From Eledone cirrhosa (taxonomy: Eukaryota), in assembly GCA_964016885.1 (NCBI GenBank), contig OZ024741.1, positions 186,682,001 to 186,746,000 on the forward strand: a stretch of 64,000 nucleotides of DNA, read 5' to 3'. The notes under the pieces are model-generated. The model saw only the letters and a list, made by a program, of their open reading frames with translations, was not told the DNA's origin and searched no databases. Made by a program: the position numbers and the translations under genes. Shown piece by piece: positions 29,234 to 43,327 of the stretch. Position 1 is the first letter of the stretch. Each line of letters opens with the position of its first letter.

Positions 29234-30269
29234 TATATATATATATATAAGCACAGAGTTATTTAATTTGTTGGCTATTCAACAAATTTAATCATAACAG
29301 ATTGGTACCCTTGAAATATATATAATAAAATAAATATGGTTTTATAAAGTATAGTTTCCATTTATTAATATCATTGATATATATATGTGTATATATATAT
29401 ATGAGAGTTTATATAATTATGTATGTCCTGTGTATTTGTGTTGAGTTGTATGTATTCACCCGCATACATGTCTATGTGTATTTGTAAATGTACCTGATCA
29501 TGAGTATCAATGTTTGTATAAGAGAGTCTGTTTCATATTAATGATCCTATAAAGCAACTATTGGTCGTCTCTTGTGGTTTCATCAAAGCACTGTCTATAC
29601 ATTAGGTACACGGGGTGGATACAAGCACCGCGGTGTTCCGCGTAACCATAGCAATGTATGCATCAGTAGGAATATCAGCTAGATTCATCATTACATATAA
29701 TCGATAAAATTGGTGACAATTCGTTTGAAGAATTAAGAGCCAAACAACGGCGACAACACTTCCGCCATCAACAAAATTATTATTATATCAATATCAGAAA
29801 AAAAAGAACAATTATGGCGACTAAAAATCAATAACTACAAAATCATAAGACCAAAAAAATAAACAACTACTACAAAACATAAAAAAATAACGAAGCCACA
29901 AGGAAGCTTCTATGCACTAATTGGACCTGTTAGAAATAATAGCTAAATATTTTTGAAATCATAATCTACAGACTTCAAGAAATAGTAAATGAATAGTATA
30001 GTCCTATATACTCTTAAATTAGATAGGATGATCACACCTGGAATAATTCTCATCGTAGGTGTGTTTGATCAAGTTTCACCTGGATCCAAACATCAACAAC
30101 AATACCAAGAAATTCAATATCGGACCATCAATAACGACAATTACAAAACAGCATGCAGGAAATTGGCAGTGGCAGTAGTGCGCATGACAAAATATATGGC
30201 CGTATTTCTTCTGGTTCTCTGTGATCTAAGTCTAAAATCCGGCAGGAATCGGCATTATATTTCATTCTT

Positions 30270-30510
30270 CCTGTGACGTTAAAACAATGGCTCTTCCAGC
30301 GCATTTCCCTTACCATCCTCCGGGGAAACGCCTTCTCCATTCTGTCCGCCGGGGCTGTGGGGTGCTAGCAAGTGGCACCCCATTTGCTCACTATACAGAG
30401 AGATAGGGAGGGTGAGAGAGAGGGGTGCGATGACGGTGGGAGTTCGGCCCTTCAGTGTTCGGACACATTGAGCCTGTCATTTGGATCATGTGATAATTTC
30501 ATTTTTGTAA
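30270..30510 (+). pseudogene. 3' fragment of a CRE-like (RLE) non-LTR retrotransposon
   Basis: Translates WLFQRISLTILRGNAFSIL, resembling the FQRxSxxxxRGNA C-terminal motif. Confidence 0.55.
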
Positions 30511-30959
30511 ATATGCTTACTGAAAACATAGTGATGTTTCTTACAGTATATACACTCAAATAAAGTCGTGCGCTAAACAATTACTATTGTACCAATTTCC
30601 ACTTTCTCTACTAACAGTCATAAACTCTGGTTGATAAACTGTTATCTACCTCAAAAATATCTCATCGGGTGGTTGAGTAAGATTTCAGTATTAGAAAAGG
30701 ACGCAAAGCAAGGTGACAAGAGACTACAATTTTTATAATGATTTTCTTCATCATCTTAATACTAATAGCAATGACAATGATGATAACAATGATGATGGTG
30801 GTGGTCTTGGTGGTTTTAGTGGTGGTCGACATGATGGTAATGGTTATTGTGGTCATGGTGGTGGTGATCGTGGTGGTGGTGGTGGTGGTAGCGGTAAGAT
30901 CATTTTGAAGAAGATTCTGATGATAATGTTAATACTACTATTGATATCTTACAAGCCCG

Positions 30960-32090
30960 ACTAGGTCCATACACGACAACCGCCACGTCATATGATACAT
31001 CATAGATAGGGTAGGGTGTAAACCTGCATTCTGTGGGGCTCTCATCAATTTATATCAATTCAAAGCTTTCGATAGGGCTGGCCATCGACATCTGTGGGCA
31101 GTCTTTGAATCGCCTCAATGCACAGCGGCATCTGTTCGGTGGTCGAAGTAAATGGCCACTGTTCGGAAGTGTGCAATCGATCCGTCAACGTTTCCCTCTC
31201 TCCTCCCTTCTGTGCGTATTGACTCTCGAACCCTTACTGCGGAAGCTGGAGCTGTGCAGGCTATCCCCATGAATCAGGACGTGGAAGGGCTGTGTCGGCA
31301 TATATGGACGACATCAGTGTGACGCTGTCGAACACCCCTGAAATGGAGGTTGACGGGCGCAAATTTGAACGCTGAGAGTCGGTGGGCTTACATTTCGGCA
31401 CCTGGAGAAGCGAATCCATGCCGTTCAACAGGGGGATAAGTAGTGGGACGAGGTAAGGAGTAGGATGTCCTCTCTTACCCAGAATTGGGCCGAAAGGAAG
31501 CTATACCTGAAAGGCCAGCCCGAGATTGTGAACGTGTACACAGCGTCCGTCATCTACTATCGCCTGACCATCGTGCCTTGCTACACTTCGCAGAAATACC
31601 TCACTTGGCAGAATTACCTTCTGCCTGGTGGCAGTTGCGAAAGAGGTTGTATGGTGGACCATGTTGAAAGGACTGAAGACAGATACTATTTTCTTCGACT
31701 AATCCCTCATCGGCGTTTTCAAGTTTCACTCGGAAAGGAAGGTGAGGGTGGAGAGAGAAGTGCTGCCCCCCAGTACATGTGCTGAAAGGTGGGTGAATGT
31801 GTCGAGAATCGCCCGTGTGAGTGGGCCTGTAGGTAGGTGAATTTGAGGAGGAGTGGGGTACCCTTCCCGGGTGCTCTCGAAGCGTCGGGTGGTTCAGGAT
31901 TGGTGGGGTACCTGAGTCAACCCTGGGTGATTATCCCCCCTATTGGGGAATTTTTCATTGTTGTATTTTTCTTGTTATTTTTTTATTGTTATTTATATTT
32001 TTACACGTTTTATATGTAATCCCCCACTGTCCCTGTCTAGTGTATCGTCCCCTATATGTTGGCCCTTGTGGCCAATAAATGAAATATTAT
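30960..32090 (+). pseudogene. Heavily deleted Tx1/L1-clade LINE relic
   Basis: SIRQRFPLSSLLCVLTLEPLLRKL and SAYMDDI (RT motifs); 3' UTR tattggggaatttttcattgtt is shared with 54068-54090. Confidence 0.75.
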
Positions 32091-32093
32091 GTT

Positions 32094-32094
<1 letters not shown>

Positions 32095-32147
<53 letters not shown>

Positions 32148-32367
32148 GAGGAGGAGGAGGAGGAGGAGGAGGAGGAGGAGGATGGGGGAAGGGGGAGGGG
32201 GGGGGGGGGAGGAGGAGGAGGAGGAGGGGGAGGAGGAGGAGGATGGGTGGAAGGAGGAAGAGGAGGAGTAGCAGCAGTAGTAGTAGTAGCAGCAGTAGTA
32301 GTAGTAGTAGTAGCAGCAGCAGCATCAGCAGCAGTAGTAGTAGTAGTAGTAATAGTAGTAGTAGTAA

Positions 32368-32421
<54 letters not shown>

Positions 32422-32524
32422 CAACAGCAGTAGTAGTAGTAGTAGTAGCAGCAGTAGTAGCAACAGCAGCAGCGAAAGCGACGGCAGCAGCGGCAGCAGC
32501 AGCAGCAGCAGTAGTAGCAGCAGC

Positions 32525-32579
<55 letters not shown>

Positions 32580-32580
32580 T
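32095..32580. repeat. Compound (TAG)n/(GAG)n/(CAG)n microsatellite
   Basis: Direct reading; similar tracts at 25620-25800, 38510-38656 and 38925-39166. Confidence 0.95.
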
Positions 32581-33214
32581 TTGATATCGGTTGAATACAA
32601 GGCAATAAGGAGAGAGACAGAGAAATAAGAGAGTGGGGCGAAGAACAAAGAAAGTGATTTAGAAAATGAGAGAGTGACGTCCCTCTATCAGTAATATTAA
32701 TGACGGCATTGTTCCCGAAACGTGTCCTTAGCGGAAATCTGCGAGAAATGTGGAAGACAAGTACTTCCTCTGTAAATGTTTCCTGTACTTGAGATGATCT
32801 TTTGCATGCCTGATATTGCGTAGTAGCAATAGTGTACTGGTAGCGTAAATACGTGAGTACATTTGATGGTGCGTAGCTGGTTCTGTGTGAGGAATGGCAA
32901 GACGTTATGTGTAACACTTTATAATTGAATATACGCAGTCGTTTGTATAACTTTTGTTCAATAAATAGGTTTTTTTTTTTTTTTATTCAGTCTATATGCG
33001 GTCGGCTGTGTGTGGAATGGAGGATACATATATATATATACATACTTTAACTAGAGCAAATCTAAGCAAAATCCATTTCTATCCATGAAGCAAACACAAA
33101 TCATAAGTCTGCAATCAACCCCCATACACCATACTCACACCACCCCAGTCATGAATTAAATTCAGACATGCCATGTACAAATATAGACCAGCCCTTTCCT
33201 ACATATGCCCCAAA

Positions 33215-33289
<75 letters not shown>

Positions 33290-33414
33290 TATATAGGAAA
33301 AGAATCAGCAACCCGTAGGCTGAGCTCCGGCCTTTCCGACATCTAGATCCGGACTGTTTGGATCTAGCTGTCGAATCGGCCGGAGCTCAGCCGTCGTGGT
33401 CCTGACTCTTTTCC

Positions 33415-33448
<34 letters not shown>

Positions 33449-33486
33449 TGTATGTATGTATGTATGTATGTATGTATGTATGTATG

Positions 33487-34156
33487 TCAAGGCAGATTTC
33501 TAGGAGAAGGAAAACTGATATAACATCTGCAACCCTGATGGTATCCAATGATGTTGACTTGTTCTTCTTTTTGGTAAATATCATCTTGGTTAAGAGAGTG
33601 GGACTGGCTTTGTGCAGTGCCTTTGCTCACTATAAAAGCTTCACAGCACAGGCATTGCTTTATATCTGGAGATCTCTCTGCACTTGTCATCACATGGTAC
33701 CATGGGCCCAGCACTATGTGTCAATAATTGTCACAAGTGTAGTGTTTGTACCAGAGTTTTCAAGTCGCTGGCTGGACTAAAGGGTCACACTTGTTTAGCG
33801 CATCAGTAGGAGTTCTCCTACATGGATATAGAGTAGTGGCCGTACTCGAAAACGAGTTGGCAGCCACCACCATGTATGTATGTATGTATGTATGTATGTA
33901 TGCCTTTGCTCACTATAAAAGCTTCACGGCACAGGCATTGCTTTATATCTGGAGATCTCTCTGCACTTGTCGTCACATGGTACCATGGGCCCAGCACTAT
34001 GTGTCACAATAATTGTCACAAGTGTAGTGTTTGTACCAGAGTTTTCAAGTCGCTGGCTGGACTAAAGAGTCACACTCGTTGAGCGCATCGGTAGGGGGTT
34101 CTCCTACATGGATATAAAGTAGTGGCCGTACTCGAAAACGAGTTGGCAGCCACCAT
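33487..34156 (+). mobile_element. Two 5'-truncated copies of a non-autonomous RTE-derived element, separated and flanked by (TATG)n
   Basis: 33487-33872 and 33902-34156 match 40362-40750 (-); the 3' part encodes CSVCTRVFKSLAGLKSH (RTE C-terminal zinc finger). Confidence 0.78.
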
Positions 34157-34519
34157 GTATGTATGTATATGCGTATGTATATATGTATGTATGTGTGTAC
34201 GTATGTGTGTATGTATGTATGTATGTATGTATGTATGTATGTATGTATGTATGTATGTATGTATGTATGAGCATATGTATGTATGTGTGTTTTTCTTTGT
34301 GTTTGTGTGTGTGTATATTCATGTATGTATGTATATAACATAATGATGTAAATTAGATAAATTCAAATAAGATAAAGCAAAATAAAACCAGATATAAAGA
34401 AGGGAACTTTCTTTGTCAGAAAGCAACGCTTTTCCCTAGCGGAAAGTACGAAAAAATGTGAACTTGCGGCAATATCTAATGAATGGAATGTCCCCTAGTG
34501 CTAACCGTATTCAAAATAC

Positions 34520-34561
<42 letters not shown>

Positions 34562-34564
<3 letters not shown>

Positions 34565-34756
34565 AAAATGTTCAAGACCCCGACGGCAGAGCTTAAGCCG
34601 TTTCGACCATTATTTCTGGACTCGAAATAGCCGTCGAAACGGCTTGAGCTCTGGCGTCGGGGTCTTGAACATTTTCCTATTACCCACTCTACTACCCTAA
34701 GTATTGAGTACTCTGCTGCTTTAGGGTCCATCTGGCTCCTTACCACACTTCCTTCG

Positions 34757-34760
<4 letters not shown>
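34562..34760 (+). mobile_element. Fold-back element with the 3' half of an HHR (GAA ACGG..[C/G]CGT C gggg); relatives at 6600-6710, 23215-23260, 23316-23375 and 33296-33415
   Basis: About 45-bp inverted arms ggaaaatgttcaagaccccgacgg / gcgtcggggtcttgaacattttcc between (TA)n tracts. Confidence 0.65.
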
Positions 34761-34790
<30 letters not shown>

Positions 34791-34864
34791 CAAATTTAGA
34801 CGGGAACAAAACAGAGAGGCAGACAAATAATGGTTTATTATGTTCGCGCTCTTGAGAGTGGGGG

Positions 34865-34897
<33 letters not shown>

Positions 34898-34902
<5 letters not shown>

Positions 34903-35290
34903 ATACTTTGGGAGGGTCATGTTGCCAATAAGAAACACACGCACCAGTTGCTTTCACTTCAATTTAATTTATTATATATTTATAAATTTACAAATTTATA
35001 AATTTCTGGTTGGTTGGTTGGTTCCACAACCAGATAGTTGTTTATATATATATAGTCATAGTTCTTTCGTCACACACTCTGTGACCTCTTCAGTGACTGG
35101 GGATTTCTTTCTTCGTTTCTGTGCCTTTCCTTTCTTCTATCCTACGCCATTTTGTTTGTATATATATATATATATGCATATATATTTCCTTTTGTTACGC
35201 ACTCTAGATGGAAAATGCACCGGAGTATTCAATCATCCGGTAAGTCACAAGGACTTCAAACAGATAATACTTTACTTAAATGTGCGCAGC
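34898..35290 (-). mobile_element. Penelope pLTR/3' fragment related to 4495-6365
   Basis: Shared terminus atgaccctccc.aagtataacaa and upstream atggcgtagg; contains an intact HHR. Confidence 0.75.
35054..35098 (-). ncRNA. Minimal type I hammerhead ribozyme
   Basis: Minus strand: agtca CTGAAGA g gtcaca..tgtgac GAA AG-aa-CT A tgact. Confidence 0.8.
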
Positions 35291-35291
35291 A

Positions 35292-37045
35292 CCTAGCAAG
35301 GCTGATTTTTGTATGGCACGTATCTTGCCTGCTATTTCCAACCACTTTAAAACGTCTTGGTGATTGACCCTAATTTCCCGATCACAACTGGTATCACTTT
35401 CACATTTAACTTCTCGCATTCCGAACAGACTTGCAACTCCAATTCGGAATACTTGGTGATTTTTTTAACCTCTTTACTCGCAATATCCATGTCCACATCT
35501 ATAATCTGACAGTATTTGTCATTCTTGTTCAATATGACAATGACCAGTCGGCGATGCCTACTCTATCAGTCTGAAAATCATAATCACAGAATATCATTGT
35601 TCTCCCATCTTCTTGCATTACTTTACAAAACATATGCTCATACCAATTCTCTATTAAAAATTATTGATATTTACGAGATAATAATCAATGAAGGTAAAAC
35701 CAAATTTTATCATGGCGGTGCTTGTATTTTTTTTTTTTTTGTGCAAGGCTCTTACATCCACTTAGCAAGTGAGTTACATTTTTCACATTCTTTCCATAGA
35801 GTCTGTATTTCTGAGTGCCAGAAGCTTTGTAGATGTTATACTTCACCGAATTTGTAGCAAGAGCTTGATTTTGTGCTGGGGTCTTAATGCTTTCAGTGGT
35901 ACGCTTTGAATCACCTGGCTTAAAGCCATGTCCATGATGTTTCTTTATCCTTGATATCTTGTGTATTACTTTCAAAGTGCTCGTGCATTCTTATTTCCTA
36001 AAGATCTTCTTTTCTCTTTTCTTCAACTTTTTCGTTAATATCTTCCTCAACTGCCATTTCTTGTGCATTTATACCTATATCTTCTTCTGCCTATGACGAC
36101 AACTCTTCGTCACTGCAAGCTGTCTCCTTTCCCTCCTGATTCAATAATCCTCACATCTATATTCATGTATAATCTGTTTATATTTGTTTCAGGGCGTAAA
36201 GTCCGTACAATGTCATTAAATTTCTCGTCTTTCTATCCAATTTTGCTATTTCTTCTTCAGTTCACCTGAGAATGGACACACTATATCTAACCACTGCAAC
36301 TGCCCAGATATCCATTGCAGTAACTAGATTTCTTGCATTGAAATTGGATTTTAAAATCGTTTTTGCTCTTTTTGAATATCTCTTTCCGTTCATTACTGCA
36401 TGTAAAATGTCGTCCAGTTCAAAACTCCCAAAATATTTGCATCCACTATCTTCGTTTGTCCTCTGGTTTCTCCCGATAACAGACTTAATCCACTTCATAC
36501 TGCATATTTCTCTCTGTTAATATCGTGCACAGGGCATTTGGAGATCCCAAATTCCATAGCGATATTACTACTACATATATGGGCTGTTTTAATCAAAGAA
36601 TCCATCACGTTTTCGATTTCCCAAACAATTTCAAGTCATCCATAAACAGATAATGGTTTACGAATGGTCCTTTCCTTCCACATTGATAACCAATTTTAAC
36701 TTTCTAATTGTCAAATGTTGGTATGAGGGCAATGATAAATAGTAATGTTGAAAATGAGTCACCTTGGAAGATACCCCTTTTAATTTCTACTTCTCCAAAG
36801 AATATATTACTCAAGTACAACGTGCTTTTCCACTCTAGAATGATATTCAGCATACCAAACATCTGCAGGCATTAAACAATTCAAGAATGAGGCACCATAT
36901 CATATAATTTCCTAAAATCAACCCAGGCTATAGAAATTTTGGTATGATGTTTTTTCCAATGCCTCAAATCTGTCTTATTGACCACCATAGGATCTTTGGT
37001 ACTTTGAGATCTTCTCCTACATCCTTTTTCTTCCCTTGGAAATAT
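35292..37045 (-). pseudogene. Old degenerate R4/Dong-clade LINE
   Basis: Broken frames with GIFQGDS, FMDD, WAVAVVRYS, AQNQALAT, HLLSGCKSLAQ..YKHRHDK and KVIPVVIG, collinear with the 1130-aa ORF. Confidence 0.85.
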
Positions 37046-37054
37046 TCATTATTA

Positions 37055-37222
37055 TTAGTAATATTAGAGTTATGGCCTTTTATATTCTGAGTTCAAATCC
37101 CGCCGAGGTTAGCTTTGCCTTTCATCCTTACGGGGTCGATAATATAAAGCACCAGTAATGCACTGAGGTCTTTTAATCGACTTTCCCTTCCTCTAAAATT
37201 GCTGGCCTTGTGCCTATAGTAC

Positions 37223-37271
<49 letters not shown>

Positions 37272-37500
37272 TTTTATTATTATTTTATGTTATTATACAC
37301 TGCAGTCATTTTTTTAATCAAGGAATATTTTCAAATAAGTTATACTTATTTGAAAATATTTGAGGAAATGTTTTAATAGTTGGCATTCAAATAATTGTTT
37401 CTACTTTTAGCACAAGGTCATCAATTATCCCAGTGCATTACTGGTACTTTATTTTATCAAAGCATGGTGTCCGACCGTCTACCGATACTTCCAATCCACC
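37055..37500. mobile_element. Two SINE family A copies in opposite orientation (37055-37223 +, 37391-37500 -)
   Basis: Match to the family A consensus. Confidence 0.8.
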
Positions 37501-38922
37501 GTTTTAAACCAGGTGAACAGAAAAAATGCCGCCATCGTTTACGAATGTTTTGAAAAATAGTAAAGAAATAAAACATATACTAATAAACCTGCAGATTATA
37601 AATATTTTAGAACAAGCTATCAATATCAAAATTGATCTTTCTGGATATGTGTAAGAAAAGATCAAAAAAGAAGAAAGAAAAAATTAGAATTGATAGAATT
37701 GGCTTGGTATCGTGGTTTGTTAATAAAATCTGCTTTGATCATAAGACACTTAAGGTACGATTTTTTCGTAGGACTATCGATTTACTGAGAGAATAGATCT
37801 GATTTATGTTTTTGCATAAAGGGATTGTGGCTTTGAGATAGAATAAATATTGCGCAGACGAATACTTAGAGTATAACGAAAGGTATCTAAAGCGTGTTGT
37901 TATTGAGAACTAGTAAATACTAATCTTCAAATATTGCCTAAACGTAAAATAAGAAGTGTCAATTTGTTTATGATTGTTTTAGTTAAAGCTGTCGAATTAG
38001 GCGAGATAAGTTACCAAATATAAGTAATCACTTTTGTAGTTACTTAATAAAATTCTCTGCTTTTGGAATAAAACTCTTGTTGTATATTTTCCTGGTAGAT
38101 CTAAGTGGGTGGATCTAATTTCTGCTTCAGTATATAATGTTAGTGGTGTTAAGATAGAAGCAGGATATTGAAGAAAAGCAAAGGAAAAACAGAATAAGAA
38201 AAGGGATCTTTGTAACAAACAGACACTACAGTCGTATTAGTAGAAATAGTATAAAAACCCGCCTTTGGTGTGTATATATTTTAGCATCGTAAATCTCCCA
38301 CCATGACTAATTCTTCATCAATAATACACCTCTTTTATAGTCTGAATGCAATTGCATAAATACACAAAACTGCTCACACAATGAAAAAATTATTCTTGAT
38401 TCAAATAGATAAATCAGATAGATATGTATAGCGATTTCTCGGTGGTTGACCGTGTATTTACAACACAAAGCCATTACAAAATATTACACACATGACGCGC
38501 AATTGAAGTGGAAGAAGAAGAAGAAGAAGAAGAAGAAGAAGAAGAAGAAGAAGAAGAAGAAGAAGAAGAAGAAGAAGAAGAAGAAGAAGAAGAAGAAGAA
38601 GAAGAAGAAGAAGAAGAAGAAGAAGAAGAAGAAGAAGAAGAAGAAGAAGAAGAAGAGAGAGGTAACAGATAAACTGATAGAAGAATAGGCATATATGGAT
38701 AAACATACGCATAAATATATGTATATATGTCTATGTTTATGTGTCTGTGATTAAATTTATATAATTGATTGTTTTTGTTCTCGCTGTTTTTATTTTTATA
38801 GTCATTTGTTCCATTTCATAGCAATTATCTTTATTTATTTGTTTATCTACAAATTTGTTCAGAAAACTGAAACTGAAAGTACTTGTATACAAAGTGCTTG
38901 ATAATGATCATAATTTGAATGG

Positions 38923-38993
<71 letters not shown>

Positions 38994-39029
38994 GTGCTGC
39001 TGCTGTTGCTGCTGCTGTTGCTGCTACAG

Positions 39030-39096
<67 letters not shown>

Positions 39097-39117
39097 CACT
39101 AATAATAATAATAATTT

Positions 39118-39148
<31 letters not shown>

Positions 39149-39605
39149 AAGAAGAAGAAGAAGAAGACAGGACCTTTTAGCCCTGTCAAAAAGAAGAAAG
39201 GCTATGCCCACGCAACACACGTGAAAGTCATTTAGATCAAGTGATGCCTGTGGGTGCTTGGGGTTTTTTTAAGTGAAGAAAGGCCTTTCACTGGACCAAT
39301 CCCACTCTTCTCTGAGCAACAGTGACTGATATCCAAAAAGTAGAACAGGTCAATATAGAATGTTGACCTAATAAAAACTAGGGGTCTCTTACTCACGGGG
39401 CGCTAACATCGCGATAGGTTAGCAAACCGGTTACATTATATAGATAATACAATTATATATATATATATATATATATACTCACATACATAGACACATATGA
39501 AGAAAAAAAGCATACATACATACATACATATATACATACATACATGATGATGATGGCTGCCCCCTCGTTATCGAGCATGGCCATTGCACGATATACCATT
39601 ATTAA

Positions 39606-39796
39606 TAATTCTTTCTACTTTTGGCACAAGGCCAGCAATTACCCAGTGTATTACTGGTACTTTATTTTATCGACCCCGTAAGGATGAAAGGCAAAGTTAA
39701 CCTTGGCGGGATTTGACCTCAGAATGACAAGGGCCGTAAATCTATGCGTCAAAGCATGGCGCCCGACCCTCTACCGATACTGCCAATCCACCGCAT
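39606..39796 (-). mobile_element. SINE family A with TSD cattattaat, inserted in an RTE-related fragment
   Basis: Full-length copy with flanking direct repeat. Confidence 0.87.
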
Positions 39797-40361
39797 TATT
39801 AATTAATTCTATTGTGCAATGCCTGTGCGTGAAGATATTTTTTAAAGTGAGGAAAGACTGTGCACTGAGCCAATATATCGGGTTAAAGCTACTGTCGCTC
39901 AGAGAGTGGGATTGGCTCGGTGCACATACATACATACATAGATACATATAGACATACACACATATGTACATACATACATATATACATACATACATATATA
40001 CATAAATACAATGTATACAGCCTGTCTGAACCTATTTCTCCAAAAACATCATCACAGATGAGCAAGCAGCTGGGAAGTGAGATGTTTCGGATGTGCTGAA
40101 CAACTCCTAATTAACAAAATCCCGATGCCAGAGGTGCGACAACACAGGAGGAATATCGTTACAGTCTGGCTGGACTAGAGGAAAGCATTTGATTCTGTTC
40201 CCCACTCTAGGGTGAAAGAAGCCTTATCCTAAAGTTACATGCAGAAAAGACAGACTCCCTTTTCCCTGATAAAATACATACATACATTCATACATACATA
40301 CATACATACATACATACATACATACATACATACATACATACATACATACATACATACATAC

Positions 40362-40950
40362 ATGGTGGCAACTAACTCGTTTTCGAGTACGGCCACTACT
40401 TTATATCCATGTAGGAGAACGCCTACTGATGCACTGAACGAGTGTGACTTTTTAGTCCAGCCAGCGACTTGAAAACTCTGGTAGAAACACTACACTTGCG
40501 ATAATTACTAACACATAGTGCTGGGCCCATGGTACCATGTGACGACAAGTGCAGAGAGATCTCCAGATATAAAGCAATGCCTGTGCCGTGAAGCTTTTAT
40601 AGTGAGCAAAGGCACTGCACAAAGCCAGTCCCACTCTCTTAACCAAGATGATATTTACCAAAAAGAAGAACAAGTCAACATCATTGGATACCATCAGGGT
40701 TGCAGGTGTTATATCAGAGTTTTCCTTCTCCTAGAATTCTGCCTTGACAAAGGCTAAGGGGTCATCTCTCCCGGTGATTTTGGATGGCCATTGACTCTTA
40801 AGAGCTCCTTTGCCCTTTGACAGGTTTTGTTTTTAGTCCTGCAGGATCTCCAAAGTCACCCTCCTCACCAAGAAACCTTGCTGGGGTTGCCAGTTTAGTT
40901 GCCAACGACCTGACCATGAGACAGGTTGTACTGGGATACATGTTACCAGT
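40362..40950 (-). mobile_element. Apparently full-length (about 590 bp) non-autonomous RTE-derived bipartite element
   Basis: Flanked by (CATA)n on both sides; 5' part matches 26365; 3' part matches 33487/33902. Confidence 0.75.
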
Positions 40951-41141
40951 ATACATACATACACACATACATACATACATACATGCATACATACATACAT
41001 ACATACATACATACATACATACATACATACATACATACATACATACATACATACATACATACATACATAGATACATACATACATACATACATGATGACTG
41101 CCCCCTCGTTATCGAGTATGGCCATTGCACGAGAAAAAAAA

Positions 41142-41175
<34 letters not shown>

Positions 41176-41202
41176 GAAATATATATATATATACATATAC
41201 AT

Positions 41203-41252
<50 letters not shown>

Positions 41253-41404
41253 ATATACACACACACATACATTAATAACAATAATAATAATAATAATAAT
41301 AACAACAATAATAATAACGACAACAACAATAATAATATACATATACATATATATATACACACACACGCACACACATAAGCGTATCTACACACACACACAC
41401 ACAC

Positions 41405-43245
41405 GATAGCAACTAACAGCGCTGCGATCGAATGTGGCTTTTTAGCCCAGCCAATGATCTAAAATGTCTTGTACAGAGTCGGCAACCAAAACATTCACTG
41501 GGAATAGTCGGCTGTGGTTGGAGTTAGTGTACTTTTGCATGTCGCTTGAGCCCTCCTGCTGATTTACATTCTCTACCACATGGCAAGCATGATGAGTAGC
41601 ATCTCCAACAGCAGCCTGGTAGTCAACCACTGGTCTTCCCTTATGACTGCGAAGATGACTTTCGAGTCCAGCTTTGCTTAGGCAGAGTCTCGCACATACG
41701 CTGCATGTCAGCACCATAGGAGGACCCTCGCCGTCTGGAAGTGCAACAGCAATGCCCTTCCTCACATCCCGCTTTACTTTCTCGTATGCGATTCGAGATG
41801 CCTCAAAGGCAACTTTTCCCTCATATACAGTCTTTCTCCATTTATTACGATCAGCAGCAATATTCTCCCATGTATCAGCAGAGATGTTAGCGTCTTTCAG
41901 AGAGGCTTTCAAGGAATCCTTATACCTCTTTTTTGGTTTATGTGGCGGTCGTTTTCCTTTAACCAACTCTCAATAAAAGTGTTGTTTTGGTATTCTAGAA
42001 TCCTTCATCCTGGCAAGGTGACCACTCCAGCGGAGTCGTTGCTTAAGCACAAGAGCTTCTATACTGTCACACATAGAGCTTTCCAAAATCTCGACATCAC
42101 TGATGTGGTCCCTCCAGTGAACGCCATGGATCCGTCTGAGACACATCTGATGGAAACGCTCCAATTGCTTAAGGTGGTGTCGATATGTGACCCAGGTCTC
42201 GCAGGCATAAAGAAGACAAGAGAGCACACATGCCCTGTACACCTTTACCTTTGTCCTCCTGCATATGTCTCGCCGACCCCAGAGTCGCCTTTCTAGCTTT
42301 CCGAAAGCATCACTTGCTTTCCTAATCCTAAGTGAGATTTCACTGTCAATCTTGCTGTATCGATTGACAGTGCCCCCCAGGTAGACAAACTGATCAACCA
42401 CTCCAAGTCGTTTGCTATACACATAGATGTTTCGTTCAGTGTACTGCTTACCAGGGGCAGGTTGGTACATGACGACGGTTTTCTTGAGACTGACAGTCAG
42501 ACCTAGGGCAGTGCAAGCGTCAGAAAATGCATTCAAAATGTGCTGCATATCACTCTCTGTGTGCGCTACAAGATCACAATCATCTGCATACAAGAGGTAT
42601 CTTATGAATTGATGTAAATACTTTTGTCTTCGCAGCAAAGCGCCTGGTGTTAAATATGCCGCCTGAGGTTCGATATCGGATGTAAACACCATGCTCGCAA
42701 TTCCTGAATGCAATACAGAAAACCATTGCAAAGTATATGGCAAACAGGGTCGGTGCTGGAATATCCCCCTGTTTCACTCCATTTTTTACTGAGATAGGCT
42801 CCGACATGTTACCCCCGACATTAACCCAGGCCTTCATGTCGTCATGGAAAAACCTAACTAAAGCAAGGAACTTATCAGGGCAACCAAGTTTCTGGAGAAC
42901 CTTCCATAATGCATCTCTGTTAACAGTATCGAAAGCTTTTGTCAGATCGACAAAAACCTGATACAGATCCAAGCCTTGTTCCATGCACTTCTCCTGGAGC
43001 TGTCTAGCTGAGAAGATCATATCAGTAGTGCCGCGTCCAGCACGAAAACCAGATTGACTTTCAGGAAGAACACAATCTGCAATGTGTGTCAGCAGACGGT
43101 CCAGAAGCACCCTACATAAAACTTTCCCTACGACAGAAAGCAATGATATACCTCTGTAGTTCCCACAATCGTTCCTGTTACCCTTTCCCTTGTACAAGAC
43201 CATCATTACTGCATCTCTCCAGTCCTCAGGTACGGATTCATTAGC
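41405..43245 (-). mobile_element. 5'-truncated RTE-clade LINE (RT plus C-terminal zinc finger), frameshifted
   Basis: NYRGISLLS, PESQSGFRAGRGTTDMIF, FVDLTKAFDTV, GVKQGD, LLYADD, RLRWSGHLARMKDSRIPKQ, CSVCARLCLSKAGLESHLRSH; 5' junction in (CATA)n. Confidence 0.93.
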
Positions 43246-43327
43246 ATACATACATACATACATACATACATACATACATACATACATACATACATACATA
43301 CATACATACATACATACATACATACAT

